This document shows positions 25,381 to 37,111 of a stretch of DNA of 64,000 nt, piece after piece. Origin of the DNA: Pirellulales bacterium (GTDB lineage Bacteria; Planctomycetota; Planctomycetia; Pirellulales; PALSA-1355); assembly GCA_963733035.1 (NCBI GenBank), contig CAVTBU010000010.1:167346-231345 (forward strand). Direction: 5' to 3'. The translations under genes were made by a program, and so were the position numbers. The notes beneath the pieces were generated by a model that saw nothing but the letters and a program-made list of their open reading frames with translations, searched no databases and was not told the DNA's origin. The number at the start of each line of letters is the position of its first letter. Positions within the stretch are counted from its first letter, which is position 1.

Positions 25381-26883
25381 ATGAAACATTTCCCCGATTT
25401 CGCCACCTTCGCGCGGCTTGCCGACGGCGTCCAAATGGTGCCCGTCTATCGCCGTTTGCTTGGCGATACGCTCACGCCCGTTTCCGGTTTCCACAAGATC
25501 GATTCCGGCGCCTGCGCTTGCCTCTTCGAAAGCGTAATCGGGGGCGAGAAAGTCGGACGCTATAGCTTTCTGGCGGCCGACCCATTCTTGCAGCTCGAAG
25601 CCCGAGCGAATGAGGTGACTGTCGTCTCGGAGTCGGGCGCGCAAAGCTTCACGTCGGAGGATCCTCTGGAAGAACTCAAGCAGCGCGTCGAATCGATTCG
25701 CTCGGCGACGCTGCCGGAGTTGCCGCCGTTCACGTCTGGCGCGGTGGGGTATGCCGGTTACGACGTCATTCGCTACACCGAGAATCTGCCCAACGCGCCC
25801 GTGAACGACCGCCACCTGCCGGACCTGGCGTTCGCCTTCTACGATCACATGGTGGTGTTCGACCACGTGAACAAGACCAATGTGGTCATCGCGATGGCGC
25901 GGCTCGACAAGTTCGACGGCAGTTTGCGGGCCGCCTATGCCGACGCCCAGGAGCGAGTTGATCAACTGGTCGATCAGCTGGAACGCGAGGACGCCATCTT
26001 GCACCCGGCCGATATCGCGACCGGCGGATTGCCGTCGATTGCGTATCGGGCCAATTTCACTCAGCCGGACTTTGAACGTGCTGTCGAGAAATGCGTCGAG
26101 TACATTCGCGCGGGCGATATCTTTCAGGTCGTCATCAGCCAACGGTTGGAGTTCGATATCGAGTGCGACCCGTTTGAAATCTACCGAACGCTGCGAGTGG
26201 TGAACCCCAGCCCCTTCATGTTCTATCTGCGCACTCCCAGCGTGACGCTGGTGGGCAGTTCGCCGGAAATCATGGTCCGCGTGGTTGGCGGACGAATTAC
26301 GGTTCGCCCGCTGGCCGGCACGCGGCGCCGCGGCGCCACCGAAGAAGAAGACCAGCGGTTGGCCGAGGAACTGCTGGCTGATCCCAAGGAGCGGGCCGAA
26401 CACGTGATGCTGGTCGACCTGGGACGGAACGACGTCGGTCGCGTGGCCCGCTATCGCTCGATCGAGTTGACGGACGTGATGACCATCGAGCGCTACAGCC
26501 ACGTGATGCACATCACGTCGAACGTGAGCGGACAATTGGCCGAGGGACGCGACGCCTTCGACGCGCTGCGGGCTTGCGTGCCTGCCGGCACCGTTTCGGG
26601 CGCTCCAAAAGTGCGGGCCATGGAAATCATTGACGAGATCGAGCCACACCGCCGTGGTCCCTACGCGGGGGCGGTGGGCTATGTCGATTTCAACGGCAAC
26701 ATGGATACCTGCATCGCGCTGCGGACGATCGTGGTGCAGGGGAAGAAAGCCTATGTCCAGGCCGGGGCTGGCATCGTTGCCGACAGTCAGCCGTCGGAAG
26801 AGTATCAGGAAACGCTCAACAAGGCCCGCGGTCTTCTCAAGGCGATTGAGATTACCGAGTCCCGTCAGGCACGCCGCGGATAG
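25381..26883 (+). CDS. trpE: Anthranilate synthase component I
   Basis: [55 protein letters not shown]. Confidence 0.96.
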   Translation: MKHFPDFATFARLADGVQMVPVYRRLLGDTLTPVSGFHKIDSGACACLFESVIGGEKVGRYSFLAADPFLQLEARANEVTVVSESGAQSFTSEDPLEELKQRVESIRSATLPELPPFTSGAVGYAGYDVIRYTENLPNAPVNDRHLPDLAFAFYDHMVVFDHVNKTNVVIAMARLDKFDGSLRAAYADAQERVDQLVDQLEREDAILHPADIATGGLPSIAYRANFTQPDFERAVEKCVEYIRAGDIFQVVISQRLEFDIECDPFEIYRTLRVVNPSPFMFYLRTPSVTLVGSSPEIMVRVVGGRITVRPLAGTRRRGATEEEDQRLAEELLADPKERAEHVMLVDLGRNDVGRVARYRSIELTDVMTIERYSHVMHITSNVSGQLAEGRDAFDALRACVPAGTVSGAPKVRAMEIIDEIEPHRRGPYAGAVGYVDFNGNMDTCIALRTIVVQGKKAYVQAGAGIVADSQPSEEYQETLNKARGLLKAIEITESRQARRG

Positions 26884-27012
26884 CCTGCCGCAATGCCTGT
26901 TCGCCGCGGCATTGGGCGGCGTCCCCCCAACGGCCATTGCGTGATCGGCTCTCGCGCTTCAAAATGCCGGCTTGGCAGGCGGCATCGCGCACCAGTTTGA
27001 GAGGACCTTTTC

Positions 27013-27321
27013 ATGATTTACGTTGTCGCCACGATTCAGGTTACCGCCGGACATCGCGACGCATTCCTGGTTGCACAACGGGATTTGTTGCCGTTGGTCA
27101 GGGCCGAGCAGGGTTGCATCGAATACGTTCCGAGTGTCGCGGTAGCGGTAACCGACCCGCCGAAAACGGCCCTGCCCGACAATCTCGTGATCATGCACGA
27201 GAAATGGGAATCGCTCGACGCCCTCAAGGCCCACTCCGCCGCGCCCCACATGCTGGCGTTTCGTGAGAAGGTCAAGAAGCTTGTCGTCGGCGTCAAGATC
27301 GACGTGTTTGAGTCGGTTTAA
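27013..27321 (+). CDS. Antibiotic biosynthesis monooxygenase (ABM) / putative quinol monooxygenase
   Basis: VRAEQGCIEY, EKWESLDALKAH...PHM; GAGGA RBS. Confidence 0.88.
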   Translation: MIYVVATIQVTAGHRDAFLVAQRDLLPLVRAEQGCIEYVPSVAVAVTDPPKTALPDNLVIMHEKWESLDALKAHSAAPHMLAFREKVKKLVVGVKIDVFESV

Positions 27322-28706
<1,385 letters not shown>

Positions 28707-28737
28707 CATTCGATGCTGATCGGAGCTGGCCCACTCG

Positions 28738-28765
28738 CCCCGGCTCGGCGGCCGGGGTTTTTCTT
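28738..28765 (+). terminator. Intrinsic terminator after eno
   Basis: CCCCGGC-tcggcg-GCCGGGG then TTTTTCTT. Confidence 0.75.
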
Positions 28766-28881
28766 GCGCCTTCGCGCGATTGACATTATTCGCTGGGCTC
28801 CTGTCGAAACTCAATTCGGCAAGAAGTGATAAGATAAATTGCATAACGTGGTGACGACGCCTTAATTGCCACCGAACCATC

Positions 28882-29262
28882 ATGTCACATCAATCGTCAA
28901 CTTCGCCACCGCCACCGCCAATTACCGACTCAGCCTGGTTTTGGGTCTTGCTGTTTAGCGCCGCCGGCGTGGTCGTTTTGGTTTTGATCACGCCCAAGTA
29001 TCAGCCCCGGCAGCGGCGGCTGGAAATGCAGTATCGAGCCCGCGAGGAGATCTTGCGTCGACAGGCCGAGGGCGAACCGGCAGCACGCGAGCGGGGCCAG
29101 GAAGGGGATGCACCGCCGCCAGCCATGTCGGAGTTGATGATTCCGCTCTGGCCGCTGCTGGCCGGTTGCGTGGTACTGCTATTAGTTTCCACGGTCATGC
29201 TGTGGCGAACGCGGCACGTCATGGCAGCACCGGTAGCGAACTCATCGAGAGGCGAACCATGA
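28882..29262 (+). CDS. Hypothetical two-TM membrane protein
   Basis: ITDSAWFWVLLFS TM and PLWPLL TM; ATGA-coupled to the next gene. Confidence 0.7.
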   Translation: MSHQSSTSPPPPPITDSAWFWVLLFSAAGVVVLVLITPKYQPRQRRLEMQYRAREEILRRQAEGEPAARERGQEGDAPPPAMSELMIPLWPLLAGCVVLLLVSTVMLWRTRHVMAAPVANSSRGEP

Positions 29263-29795
29263 CCACGTTTGTTGAAAGCCCTTGGCCGGCGGTCGCGCTG
29301 TGTGCCGTCCTGCTGTTCGTCTTTGGTACGCTTTTCGTGCGTACCGGTCGCGTATGGGCGCTGGCGGTCATGGCGGCTGCCGTGGCGGGGCTGGTGGGTT
29401 TGGTCGTCCTGGAGCGGGCGATTGTTACCGAAACGGAGGAAGTCGAAGACACGCTCTACGGCATCGCCGAGGATCTGGAGGCCAACGACACGACCAGAGT
29501 ACTTGACTCCTTTGCCCCGAATTGTCCGAGAATCGGTCAGACGCGGTCGGCTCTCAGTCGCGTGACCGTGCAATCTGCCACAGTGGGACGCGACCTGGAG
29601 GTGCGCATCAACAAACTAACGAGTCCCCCGACAGCGACGGCCTACTTCACGGGTCGTCTTCAGGTGCGAGACAATAGCGGCACGATTCCCTACGAGAATT
29701 ACATTCGCAAATTCAAGATCAAGCTCGAACGCCATGCCGACCGCTGGTTGATCGCGGACTTCGACGACGGCGATCTGCGACGCCGCAACCCTTAA
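29259..29795 (+). CDS. Hypothetical membrane-anchored protein, possible NTF2-like C-terminal fold
   Basis: Two N-terminal TMs, then helix + beta strands ending ..KLERHADRWLIADF. Confidence 0.7.
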   Translation: MTTFVESPWPAVALCAVLLFVFGTLFVRTGRVWALAVMAAAVAGLVGLVVLERAIVTETEEVEDTLYGIAEDLEANDTTRVLDSFAPNCPRIGQTRSALSRVTVQSATVGRDLEVRINKLTSPPTATAYFTGRLQVRDNSGTIPYENYIRKFKIKLERHADRWLIADFDDGDLRRRNP

Positions 29796-29870
29796 GCGCA
29801 CATAAACGCGCGCCAGCGAGAAACCGACCGCATTGGCCGAACAGTCTCGAGCCGCATAAAATCGCGGAAG

Positions 29871-30896
29871 TTATGCCTGCCGCGAGCGACGGGTTTTACG
29901 GCGAGCCGTCCAAACAACCGCCAGGCCGCCGAAGCCAGCCAGCACGAAAGTCGAGGGTTCCGGCACGGTCGGCACCGTGGCCACATCGATCAGCAGTCCG
30001 GCCCCGGGAATGCCGCCGCAGTCGCAAGAGCAGTCGCTGCCGCCACCAGTTCCGCTTGTGCTGGTACCCCAAGTGTTGGAGTAGGTAGACAGAGGGCTGG
30101 CCGCCGGGGTGCCCTGAATGCTACCGGCCAAGTGCAATGCACCGGTCGTCAGATCGATCGTGTAAAGCGTGTTCTGCACCAGCCCACCGGACAACAGCGA
30201 CTGGCCTACCACGTAGCCTATGCCGGTCTGACCGGAGATATCCATGCCGTTGAACGACAAGAGCGTGCCCAGATCGGCTCCGAGCGCGCCGACGGTGTTC
30301 AGCGTACCCGTATCTTGCGGCGACTGAACCGTGAGCACGTCCTTGGCGGCTTCGAGGTTAAAGAGCGTGGTGCTAGTGGCGCCGGCGTAGCTGTTGGTGT
30401 AGGCACCCTGTACGACTTGAGGTGCCGTGCCGACATTCGGATCGCCTGCCGCGTAGTTGAGAAGGGAGTCGTTCGCGACGATGGCTCCGGTGTTTGGGTT
30501 CACCTCGACGTTCTTCCGCTGGTTCGTCAACAGTCGAATCGTGTCATTGACCGGGTCGAAATCGAATGACTTGACGATGTCGATCATGGCGAACCCGCTA
30601 CCGACAGGCGTCGCCGCGCCGGTGGTGGTATTGATCGTATAGAATCGATTATTGCTGCCCAGTCCGTAGAGAGCGCCGGTTGCGGGCCGGAAGTCGATAC
30701 CGATCAACGAATCGGAACCCAGTCCGGTCACTTGCACGGACGATTCGGCCGATCGTGCGTCACTGTCGAACGTCACCAGTTGCTGACCTTCGGTCAGGCC
30801 GTATAGCAACTCGGCTCGGGCAGAATTCGCGGCGCTGACAAGCACCGTCACAGCAAGGAAACTCAACAGGCAGGGCGAGGAGAGTGTGCGTGGCAT
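29871..30896 (-). CDS. DUF4394-like domain protein with PEP-CTERM sorting signal
   Basis: Signal peptide; GIDFRPATGALYGL, FDFDPV.D.IR, AYTNS; C-terminal VPEPSTFVLAGFGGLAVVWTARRK. Confidence 0.88.
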   Translation of the reverse strand: MPRTLSSPCLLSFLAVTVLVSAANSARAELLYGLTEGQQLVTFDSDARSAESSVQVTGLGSDSLIGIDFRPATGALYGLGSNNRFYTINTTTGAATPVGSGFAMIDIVKSFDFDPVNDTIRLLTNQRKNVEVNPNTGAIVANDSLLNYAAGDPNVGTAPQVVQGAYTNSYAGATSTTLFNLEAAKDVLTVQSPQDTGTLNTVGALGADLGTLLSFNGMDISGQTGIGYVVGQSLLSGGLVQNTLYTIDLTTGALHLAGSIQGTPAASPLSTYSNTWGTSTSGTGGGSDCSCDCGGIPGAGLLIDVATVPTVPEPSTFVLAGFGGLAVVWTARRKTRRSRQA

Positions 30897-31482
30897 AGTT
30901 GGGCTCTCTAATGGAGATTTTTGATGTCGTGTTGGGGGATCGAGTGCAACTTGGAGGGCGCGGACTCGGGCCTGCAAAACAGCCCGATCGAGGCTGCCGG
31001 CATGCTGACAGGTTTGCGTCGTGTTCGTCCGTGGGGCGCGGGCCGTTCAATAGGCCCGCAGCAAAGACTCGATGGCGGCGCCAGGCCGCAAAAGAATCGG
31101 AGCGCGCGGACGCGCATTGGTAGATGCAATAGCTGTCTCCCAGGGGATTGGCTGGCGAAATGGGTCGATTGGAACGACGCCCAAAAGCCAGCCGTAGGGC
31201 TTTGGTAAAGTCACACACGTGGTCGGCCGAGAGAATTCGCGGACGACTTGTGTTGGACGGCTGGCTAGCGTTCCTACTGGATTTGAAATGCTCCGCATTG
31301 CCGCTCGCCCGCAGGCGGAAACGGTAGCGGCCGGACATCACGTGCTTGAGACATCGTCGGATCGCCGGTCTAGCGCTTGGCGCTGTGACATGGCGTCAAA
31401 GTGACCGTAACCGGACAACTCAAGCAATCGATCTACAATAACATGGGGAAGAAGGAATTTCCATGCGTGTCTTCGCAAACTG

Positions 31483-33537
31483 CTACCCAATAAGTGGTTG
31501 CAGCAAATCCCAGTAATACAGAAACGGGATCCAAACGACCAGCGCTATGGACGTAAGTCCATAGCCTAAAAGCCATATCGTCGAGCAATGCCCGTTTTTT
31601 ACGGCTCTTGCATACCGCACGACCGCAACTCCTGCTAACAGAATTGAAATCCAAGCGGCCCCCACCAAGAGATTCCAATACAACTTCAGATGGTCATAGA
31701 GCGGCAGCGGTCTCGCCTCATTGATTTGCTGCAGGGCGTACGTAAGCGCCACGATGATTGCCAGATTGCAGAAGCTGGCCGCGGCCGCCCACAATCCGAC
31801 CCGCCCGCTGGGTGGCTCGAGTGGTGGCCGCCGGACTTTTCGCCAGAGCCATCCGGCAGGGAGTGCCAATGCCGTTAGTGCAAATACGGCAGTCGAAGTG
31901 AGTATCAGCCAGGGCTGCACTCCTCCTGAGCCGTACCAGGAGAGCTTGGCCAGGCCACGGGCTTCGACGGGCGATTCTCCATTGCCGACGTCGACCCTTT
32001 GGGCGTCAGCAAACGGGGGGCCTCCGGTATGGTGGTGTATCCACTGGAGGACCGTCTCCCAATAGCCCGGGACAAATTCCGTTCGCCGCATGGTTTCGAA
32101 CGGATTGCCGGTCTGTTCGCCGATCCGCATGCCATGCGTACCGCGCGGGAACAACCGCACCGAGTAGTTATGATGGCCAGCTTTGCGGAGCGCGTCGTTC
32201 CACATTGCCGCACTTTCGCGAGGCGGCTCGAGCGTATCGAGACCGCCGTAGACAGCGAGTACGGGTTGCCGGACTCTCCCGAGCACGGCCGGGGCATCAT
32301 AAAACATGTCGATCGCGTCGTGGACAAAAGGGTTCGGCAGCGGCATGTTTCCCAGTTCGTGGAGTCGTTGCCAATCGGCGACCATGACGGCCGCTTTGCG
32401 ACCGACTTCGATCAGCCGCTGGTCGACACCCAGGTAGGTAAGATTGTTTGCACGACGCCAGACTTCCTGCTCGATTGGCATAACGGTTGTCGCCGACACC
32501 GGGATGATGAACGCCACGTCCTTCGCAGATGCCGCTGCCTGCGGCAATATCCACCCGGCCTGACTCACGCCCCACAAACCGACGTCTTGTGCGACGATTC
32601 CCTGGTGGGCTTGCAGCATCCGTAGGCCGGCGAGCGCGTCGTCGGCCAGCACTTCGAGCGGCGTTTCGCGCCAATCACCCTGCGAGGATCCCGTCCCCCG
32701 CTTATCGTAAAACAGACAGGCCACCCCATCCCGAGCGAACCGATCAGCGGCGATGCGATAACTCTCTCTCGTTTGCGGACCGGAACCGTGGACCATGACG
32801 ACCGCCGGAAACGGCCCCTCGCCGTGCGGGATGAGCAGAGAACCACTAAGATGGATGCCTCCGCTCTCAAAGACGACGCGCTCTTCGTCATAGAGGACGA
32901 CGCGCGGCGCGCGTTGCACGTCGTCGGCCGAATCGGTGAAGACCGCCGTTTCGCCGATTCCGGCATTACCCCGCTGAAATTGAACGGTGCGCAGGTCTTC
33001 GGTGAGATAGACGTCGTTGCCGATGGGAAAGATCTCGACGTAGCGATCACCTTCGGTCAACAGCAGATGATCTGGCCGGTCCCAGCGGCTAACGAGGGCC
33101 ACCCGATCCGGCGCGAGTTCGTAAGTGCCAATTAGCGGGTCGAACGTTTCGGTGTCGACGCTTTTCTGGCGGACAAGCCTGAATGGTTTTTCTAGAGCAC
33201 CGAGGGTGGCGTTGCCCGAGAACGTATCGCCTGCGACTTGGCCTATCAGACATAACGTACCGGTGGGGACTTCCAAGCGTAGCGAATAGCTGCCGTCTGG
33301 GTCCAAAGTTGCTTCGACGGGTGCTTGACGGATGCCGATTGCGCGCACGTCAGCTTGGGCTTGGACGGCTGTTTCCGATTTGCCGAGCCGGAGCTTCACA
33401 AACTGATCCTGGCCGTCGATGGGGACACGCCCGACCCAGGTGCTCGTGGTGGGCTTGTTTGGTTGGCAGCCGGCGGCAAGCAGGAATGCACAGGCGGCAA
33501 GCTGCGCGGACCGGACTGCTGCAGTGGTAGGGCGCAC
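31483..33537 (-). CDS. Alpha/beta-hydrolase lipoprotein with C-terminal TM helices
   Basis: Lipobox LAAGC; HGSGP, YDKRGTG, nucleophile GVSQAG, GGLD, GTHG; about four C-terminal TMs. Confidence 0.85.
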   Translation of the reverse strand: MRPTTAAVRSAQLAACAFLLAAGCQPNKPTTSTWVGRVPIDGQDQFVKLRLGKSETAVQAQADVRAIGIRQAPVEATLDPDGSYSLRLEVPTGTLCLIGQVAGDTFSGNATLGALEKPFRLVRQKSVDTETFDPLIGTYELAPDRVALVSRWDRPDHLLLTEGDRYVEIFPIGNDVYLTEDLRTVQFQRGNAGIGETAVFTDSADDVQRAPRVVLYDEERVVFESGGIHLSGSLLIPHGEGPFPAVVMVHGSGPQTRESYRIAADRFARDGVACLFYDKRGTGSSQGDWRETPLEVLADDALAGLRMLQAHQGIVAQDVGLWGVSQAGWILPQAAASAKDVAFIIPVSATTVMPIEQEVWRRANNLTYLGVDQRLIEVGRKAAVMVADWQRLHELGNMPLPNPFVHDAIDMFYDAPAVLGRVRQPVLAVYGGLDTLEPPRESAAMWNDALRKAGHHNYSVRLFPRGTHGMRIGEQTGNPFETMRRTEFVPGYWETVLQWIHHHTGGPPFADAQRVDVGNGESPVEARGLAKLSWYGSGGVQPWLILTSTAVFALTALALPAGWLWRKVRRPPLEPPSGRVGLWAAAASFCNLAIIVALTYALQQINEARPLPLYDHLKLYWNLLVGAAWISILLAGVAVVRYARAVKNGHCSTIWLLGYGLTSIALVVWIPFLYYWDLLQPLIG

Positions 33538-33743
33538 GGAGTTTCCCTCGCTTGACGTGTCGGGTATCCCCAGGGAATTCGTCGGTCGCGACGGATTCTT
33601 GGAACACGTTGCAGCCCAGGTCCCCTTGACCGGCCGCGCGGTTGACCTCTATATATCAAGACATCAAACACCAATGAGGTTTTGGGGGCCGCATGGTTCC
33701 CGCTTGCTCCACTGCTAACGCATTGCTTGAAAGGTAGATTGCT

Positions 33744-33929
33744 GTGACCATCGTTCGAGTTGGTACGACGAAGAAGTATTCCGAGGGTTGGGAAGCTGCC
33801 TTCGCCAAGGGGAAGAAGAAAGCCGCAGCCTCGCCCAAGAAGAAAGCCACGAAGAAGTCGGCCAAGCCCGCCTCCAAGCCCTCGACAAAGAAGAAGGCCA
33901 CGAAGAAGAAACCCGCTCGCGGGAAATAG
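33744..33929 (+). CDS. Small lysine-rich basic protein
   Basis: MTIVRVGTTKKYSEGWEAAF + histone-H1-like KKKA/PKKK tail; AAGGT RBS. Confidence 0.75.
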   Translation: MTIVRVGTTKKYSEGWEAAFAKGKKKAAASPKKKATKKSAKPASKPSTKKKATKKKPARGK

Positions 33930-33993
33930 CGAGCATCCGGCGTCCCAGCGGGGGGCGGTGCGGAGGTTAGGGGGCCCGGGTGGCGAGTGCGCG

Positions 33994-34557
33994 TCAGGCC
34001 CGCGAGAGAAATTCGCCGGTGCGCGTGTCGACCTTGATCAGCTCTCCCTGGGAGAGATATTCGGGCACCTGCACGATCAGGCCCGTTTCCAGTTTGGCCG
34101 GCTTGTTGCGGCTGGTGGCCGAGTTGCCCCGCACGCCGGGGTCGCACTCCACGACGCGCAGTTCCACCGTGGTGGGTAGTTGCAACCCCACGCACTCGTC
34201 GTTGTAGATCATGGCCTGCACGCCTTCGAGGTTTTCCGTCAGATACGGTGCCTCGGCGGCGATTTCCTCGTGCGGCAAGGCATACTGGTTGTAGTCCTGT
34301 TGGTCGAGAAAGTGCATGTGCGTGGCGTCGCTGTACATGAACTTGACCGACCGCCGTTCGAAGTCGGCTTCGGCGAGCGACTCGCCACCCTTGAGCACGA
34401 TGTCGATCTTCTGCTTCGTGACCAGGTTTCGCGCCCGGTACTTGTAGAGCGTGGCCGCACCCCGGGCCGACGGACTTTGCACGTTGATGGCTTCGATGAT
34501 GCACGGGGCGTCGCTATAGACGACCACCGTGCCATTTTTGATGTCTTTGGCGAGCAT
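33994..34557 (-). CDS. efpL: Elongation factor P-like protein (EfpL/YeiP type)
   Basis: EF-P fold (KPAKLETGL.VQVPEY...GE.I.VDTRTGEF..RA) with loop SPSARGAAT instead of PGKG. Confidence 0.88.
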   Translation of the reverse strand: MLAKDIKNGTVVVYSDAPCIIEAINVQSPSARGAATLYKYRARNLVTKQKIDIVLKGGESLAEADFERRSVKFMYSDATHMHFLDQQDYNQYALPHEEIAAEAPYLTENLEGVQAMIYNDECVGLQLPTTVELRVVECDPGVRGNSATSRNKPAKLETGLIVQVPEYLSQGELIKVDTRTGEFLSRA

Positions 34558-34613
34558 AAACGGATTTCACACGTCAACCAATGTGGGACATGAACACGCA
34601 CTTGGGGCGGCCA

Positions 34614-35102
34614 TCATAGCAGTGTGCCGGATTGCGGATCAACGCCCACTCCGTCGGTCAGCTCAACCAGGGCGTCGAGGACGATGAGCAGCGCGCTAGG
34701 GTCGAGCATTTCGTCGAATTCGTCGTCCGCGCCATCGTCGGACTTTTCTTCGAAGTGCAGCAGATCGAGCTTGGCGTCGAAATCCTTGAGCCGTTCAAGT
34801 TTTCGCCGTTCTTCGGCGTCGAGCGGCCCCTGTTTGAACTCATCGATGAGCGTTTCCAGCTGTTCGCGAACCTCCTCGCCGGCTTCGTAGCTGATGTCCA
34901 GCGCGGCATAGTCGTCCGGCGACATCACGGTGAGTGACTCGAAGCGGCCATCTTCGTCGGCCGAGGCATTCGACAGCCCGAATCGCTCGCTCAATTGGCG
35001 CAGCGTGGATTCGATTTGTGCCAGAGTGGGCCGTCGAGAGGAATCGAACAGCACGAAGTAGGTTTCGCGCCATTTATACTCGTCGCGTTCGAATGTGGAC
35101 AT
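34614..35102 (-). CDS. Acidic hypothetical protein
   Basis: MSTFE..EYKWRETYFVLF..DLLHFE..LT.GVGVDPQSG; in a same-strand run between proC and efpL. Confidence 0.75.
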   Translation of the reverse strand: MSTFERDEYKWRETYFVLFDSSRRPTLAQIESTLRQLSERFGLSNASADEDGRFESLTVMSPDDYAALDISYEAGEEVREQLETLIDEFKQGPLDAEERRKLERLKDFDAKLDLLHFEEKSDDGADDEFDEMLDPSALLIVLDALVELTDGVGVDPQSGTLL

Positions 35103-35106
35103 CGCG

Positions 35107-35343
35107 CTACGGTTCCCACTCTTCATCCGGAGGTCCAAGTCCGCCTTGCCAGGCTTCCAGCGCGGACAACATGTCGTCGCGTTCAGCTTGCTTGGCCCAC
35201 ACGCTTTCGCCCTGTTCGAGACGAATTTCGTACTGCCCCTCGCGCTCGCAGTCTTCGGCGCCGCAAAAATGCGGCGTCGACGAGACCCACATTACGCGGT
35301 ACAGCGGCACATGCTTGTCATCAACAACACAAAATATCGACAT
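35107..35343 (-). CDS. Small hypothetical protein (possible metal-binding HFCG..DC)
   Basis: 78 aa, GAGG RBS, same-strand run. Confidence 0.75.
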   Translation of the reverse strand: MSIFCVVDDKHVPLYRVMWVSSTPHFCGAEDCEREGQYEIRLEQGESVWAKQAERDDMLSALEAWQGGLGPPDEEWEP

Positions 35344-35407
35344 TGCCTTACCTCAGCTCAACCGACATCAGCCGGCCGCCCCCGGGGCGGCCAGAATCCT
35401 TACCAAG

Positions 35408-36217
35408 TTATACCTGTCCCAGTTCGACCGATCGCCGCGTGGCCGCTTCGACCGCGGCCATTAGCGTGCCGCGTAAACCACCCGCTTCCAAGGCTTCGAG
35501 TCCGGCGATGGTGGTGCCGCCCGGACTGGCAACGCGATCCTTGAGCACGGCTGGGTGTTCGCCCGTTTCGAGCACCATCTGCGCGGCGCCCAACAGTGTC
35601 TGTGCCGCCAACGCCAAGGCCACGTCACGTTTGAGTCCCATCCGCACGCCGCCGTCAGCCAGGGCCTCAATCATCACGTAGGCAAACGCGGGGCCGGAGC
35701 CCGATAGCCCGGTCACGGCGTCGAGCGCCGCTTCATCGACCTCAAATGCCAGGCCGACGGCGGTGAGGAGGTCTTGCACCAAGCATCTGTCGGCTTGCGT
35801 CGCGCCGCGTCCCAGGCAGAAGCCGCTGGCGCTCTGGCCCACAAGACAAGGGGTGTTTGGCATCACACGAATCAGGCGTGACTTTGCCAGGCTCGCTTCG
35901 AGCGTGCCGAGTTTAACCCCCGCCGCAATGGATACGACGAGCTTGTCATCGGCCACTTCCGTTAGCGAGGCCAGTGCCGCCACGATGTGCTGCGGCTTGG
36001 TGGCCAGCACGATAACATCGGCTTTGCGAGCGACGCTGGCATTGTCCGCTAGCACGGTCGCTGCTGGCACGACGTTTTGAAAGGCTTCGACGGCGGACGG
36101 CATGGGGTCGGCTGCCAACACCGATTTAGCATCGACCAGGCCGGCCTTTACGAACCCTGCCGCTAGCGCCCGAGCCATTTGCCCGGCCCCGATGAAGCCA
36201 ATCGACTGGTTTTGCAT
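35408..36217 (-). CDS. proC: Pyrroline-5-carboxylate reductase
   Basis: GFIGAGQMA, RVMPNTP, GLSGSGPA, SPGGTTIAG. Confidence 0.96.
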   Translation of the reverse strand: MQNQSIGFIGAGQMARALAAGFVKAGLVDAKSVLAADPMPSAVEAFQNVVPAATVLADNASVARKADVIVLATKPQHIVAALASLTEVADDKLVVSIAAGVKLGTLEASLAKSRLIRVMPNTPCLVGQSASGFCLGRGATQADRCLVQDLLTAVGLAFEVDEAALDAVTGLSGSGPAFAYVMIEALADGGVRMGLKRDVALALAAQTLLGAAQMVLETGEHPAVLKDRVASPGGTTIAGLEALEAGGLRGTLMAAVEAATRRSVELGQV

Positions 36218-36512
36218 GCGTGAGGAAGGAATGATATCGCTCGCCAGGGTGACAAAGGGGACGTTGCTCCCAGCGGATAATCTAAGACCGACAGCCCAAG
36301 CCTGCAAGGAAGCCTTGCTGGCACGCGTCAGCGTCGGCCACATATCTCATGCGGAAAACGGACGGTAGGCGAATTTCTCGAGGGTCTGTCGCAAGCTGCC
36401 TTTACATAATGGGGCGATTTTGCGATCCTCCGCCCCCGCGTTCGGTGCGCCAGGGCGGAATGTTTGTCCTGCGGCTGCCGGACGACGTCCCTTCGTGCGA
36501 GGAGCTCTTCCG

Positions 36513-36896
36513 ATGCGAATCATGACGCTGCTGCTGGCTGTGTGTCTGGCAAGTGGTACAACCGCGGCGTGGGCGGCCCTGCCAAGCTTTCTGACATTTG
36601 GCAAGGAGAAATCGGCCACCACGACCAGGCATGCGCGGGGGAATTCGACCTTCAAAACGCCGGCCGTACTGACCAAGATGACCTCCAGCACCAAACGACT
36701 GGTGACCAATACCAAGAGCCTGCTTGTGCCAAAGAAAGCGTCGGAACCGCCCAAGCTGGGTGCGGTTCGAGTCAATCAGGCCGCAAAGTATCATCCGCCG
36801 GAGCAGGGTTTTTGGGAGCGATTCTTCAATCCCCAGCCGGCTCCTCCGCCACGCACGATGGCCGAGTGGATGGCGCTCGATCACCCACGTCCCTAA
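36513..36896 (+). CDS. Exported hypothetical protein ending in PRTMAEWMALDHPRP
   Basis: Signal peptide MRIMTLLLAVCLASGTTAAWA; GGAG RBS. Confidence 0.65.
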   Translation: MRIMTLLLAVCLASGTTAAWAALPSFLTFGKEKSATTTRHARGNSTFKTPAVLTKMTSSTKRLVTNTKSLLVPKKASEPPKLGAVRVNQAAKYHPPEQGFWERFFNPQPAPPPRTMAEWMALDHPRP

Positions 36897-36940
36897 GACC
36901 GTTGGCGTTTTGCCAACCCTATACCGCATCCACGAGTTCG

Positions 36941-37078
36941 ATGAGCAAGCCTGCTGTAAATCTGGTCGCCGTGTTGCTGACGTGTGTCGGACTGGTGAGC
37001 CTGGTGGGATGCGCCGCCACGAATAAGGCACCGCGAACGGTCGGCGAGTGGATGGAACTCGATCAAGTCAAACCGTAG
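36941..37078 (+). CDS. 45-aa lipoprotein ending in PRTVGEWMELDQVKP
   Basis: Lipobox LVGC; C-terminal motif shared with the upstream gene. Confidence 0.6.
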   Translation: MSKPAVNLVAVLLTCVGLVSLVGCAATNKAPRTVGEWMELDQVKP

Positions 37079-37111
37079 CGCCCCGGGGGCCGCCAATCGC
37101 GGTCGCGCAAC

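Noticed and set aside
31140..31200. Hairpin GGCTGGC..GCCAGCC upstream of the PEP-CTERM gene as a riboswitch
   Set aside because: Single stem with no recognisable aptamer consensus; insufficient evidence.
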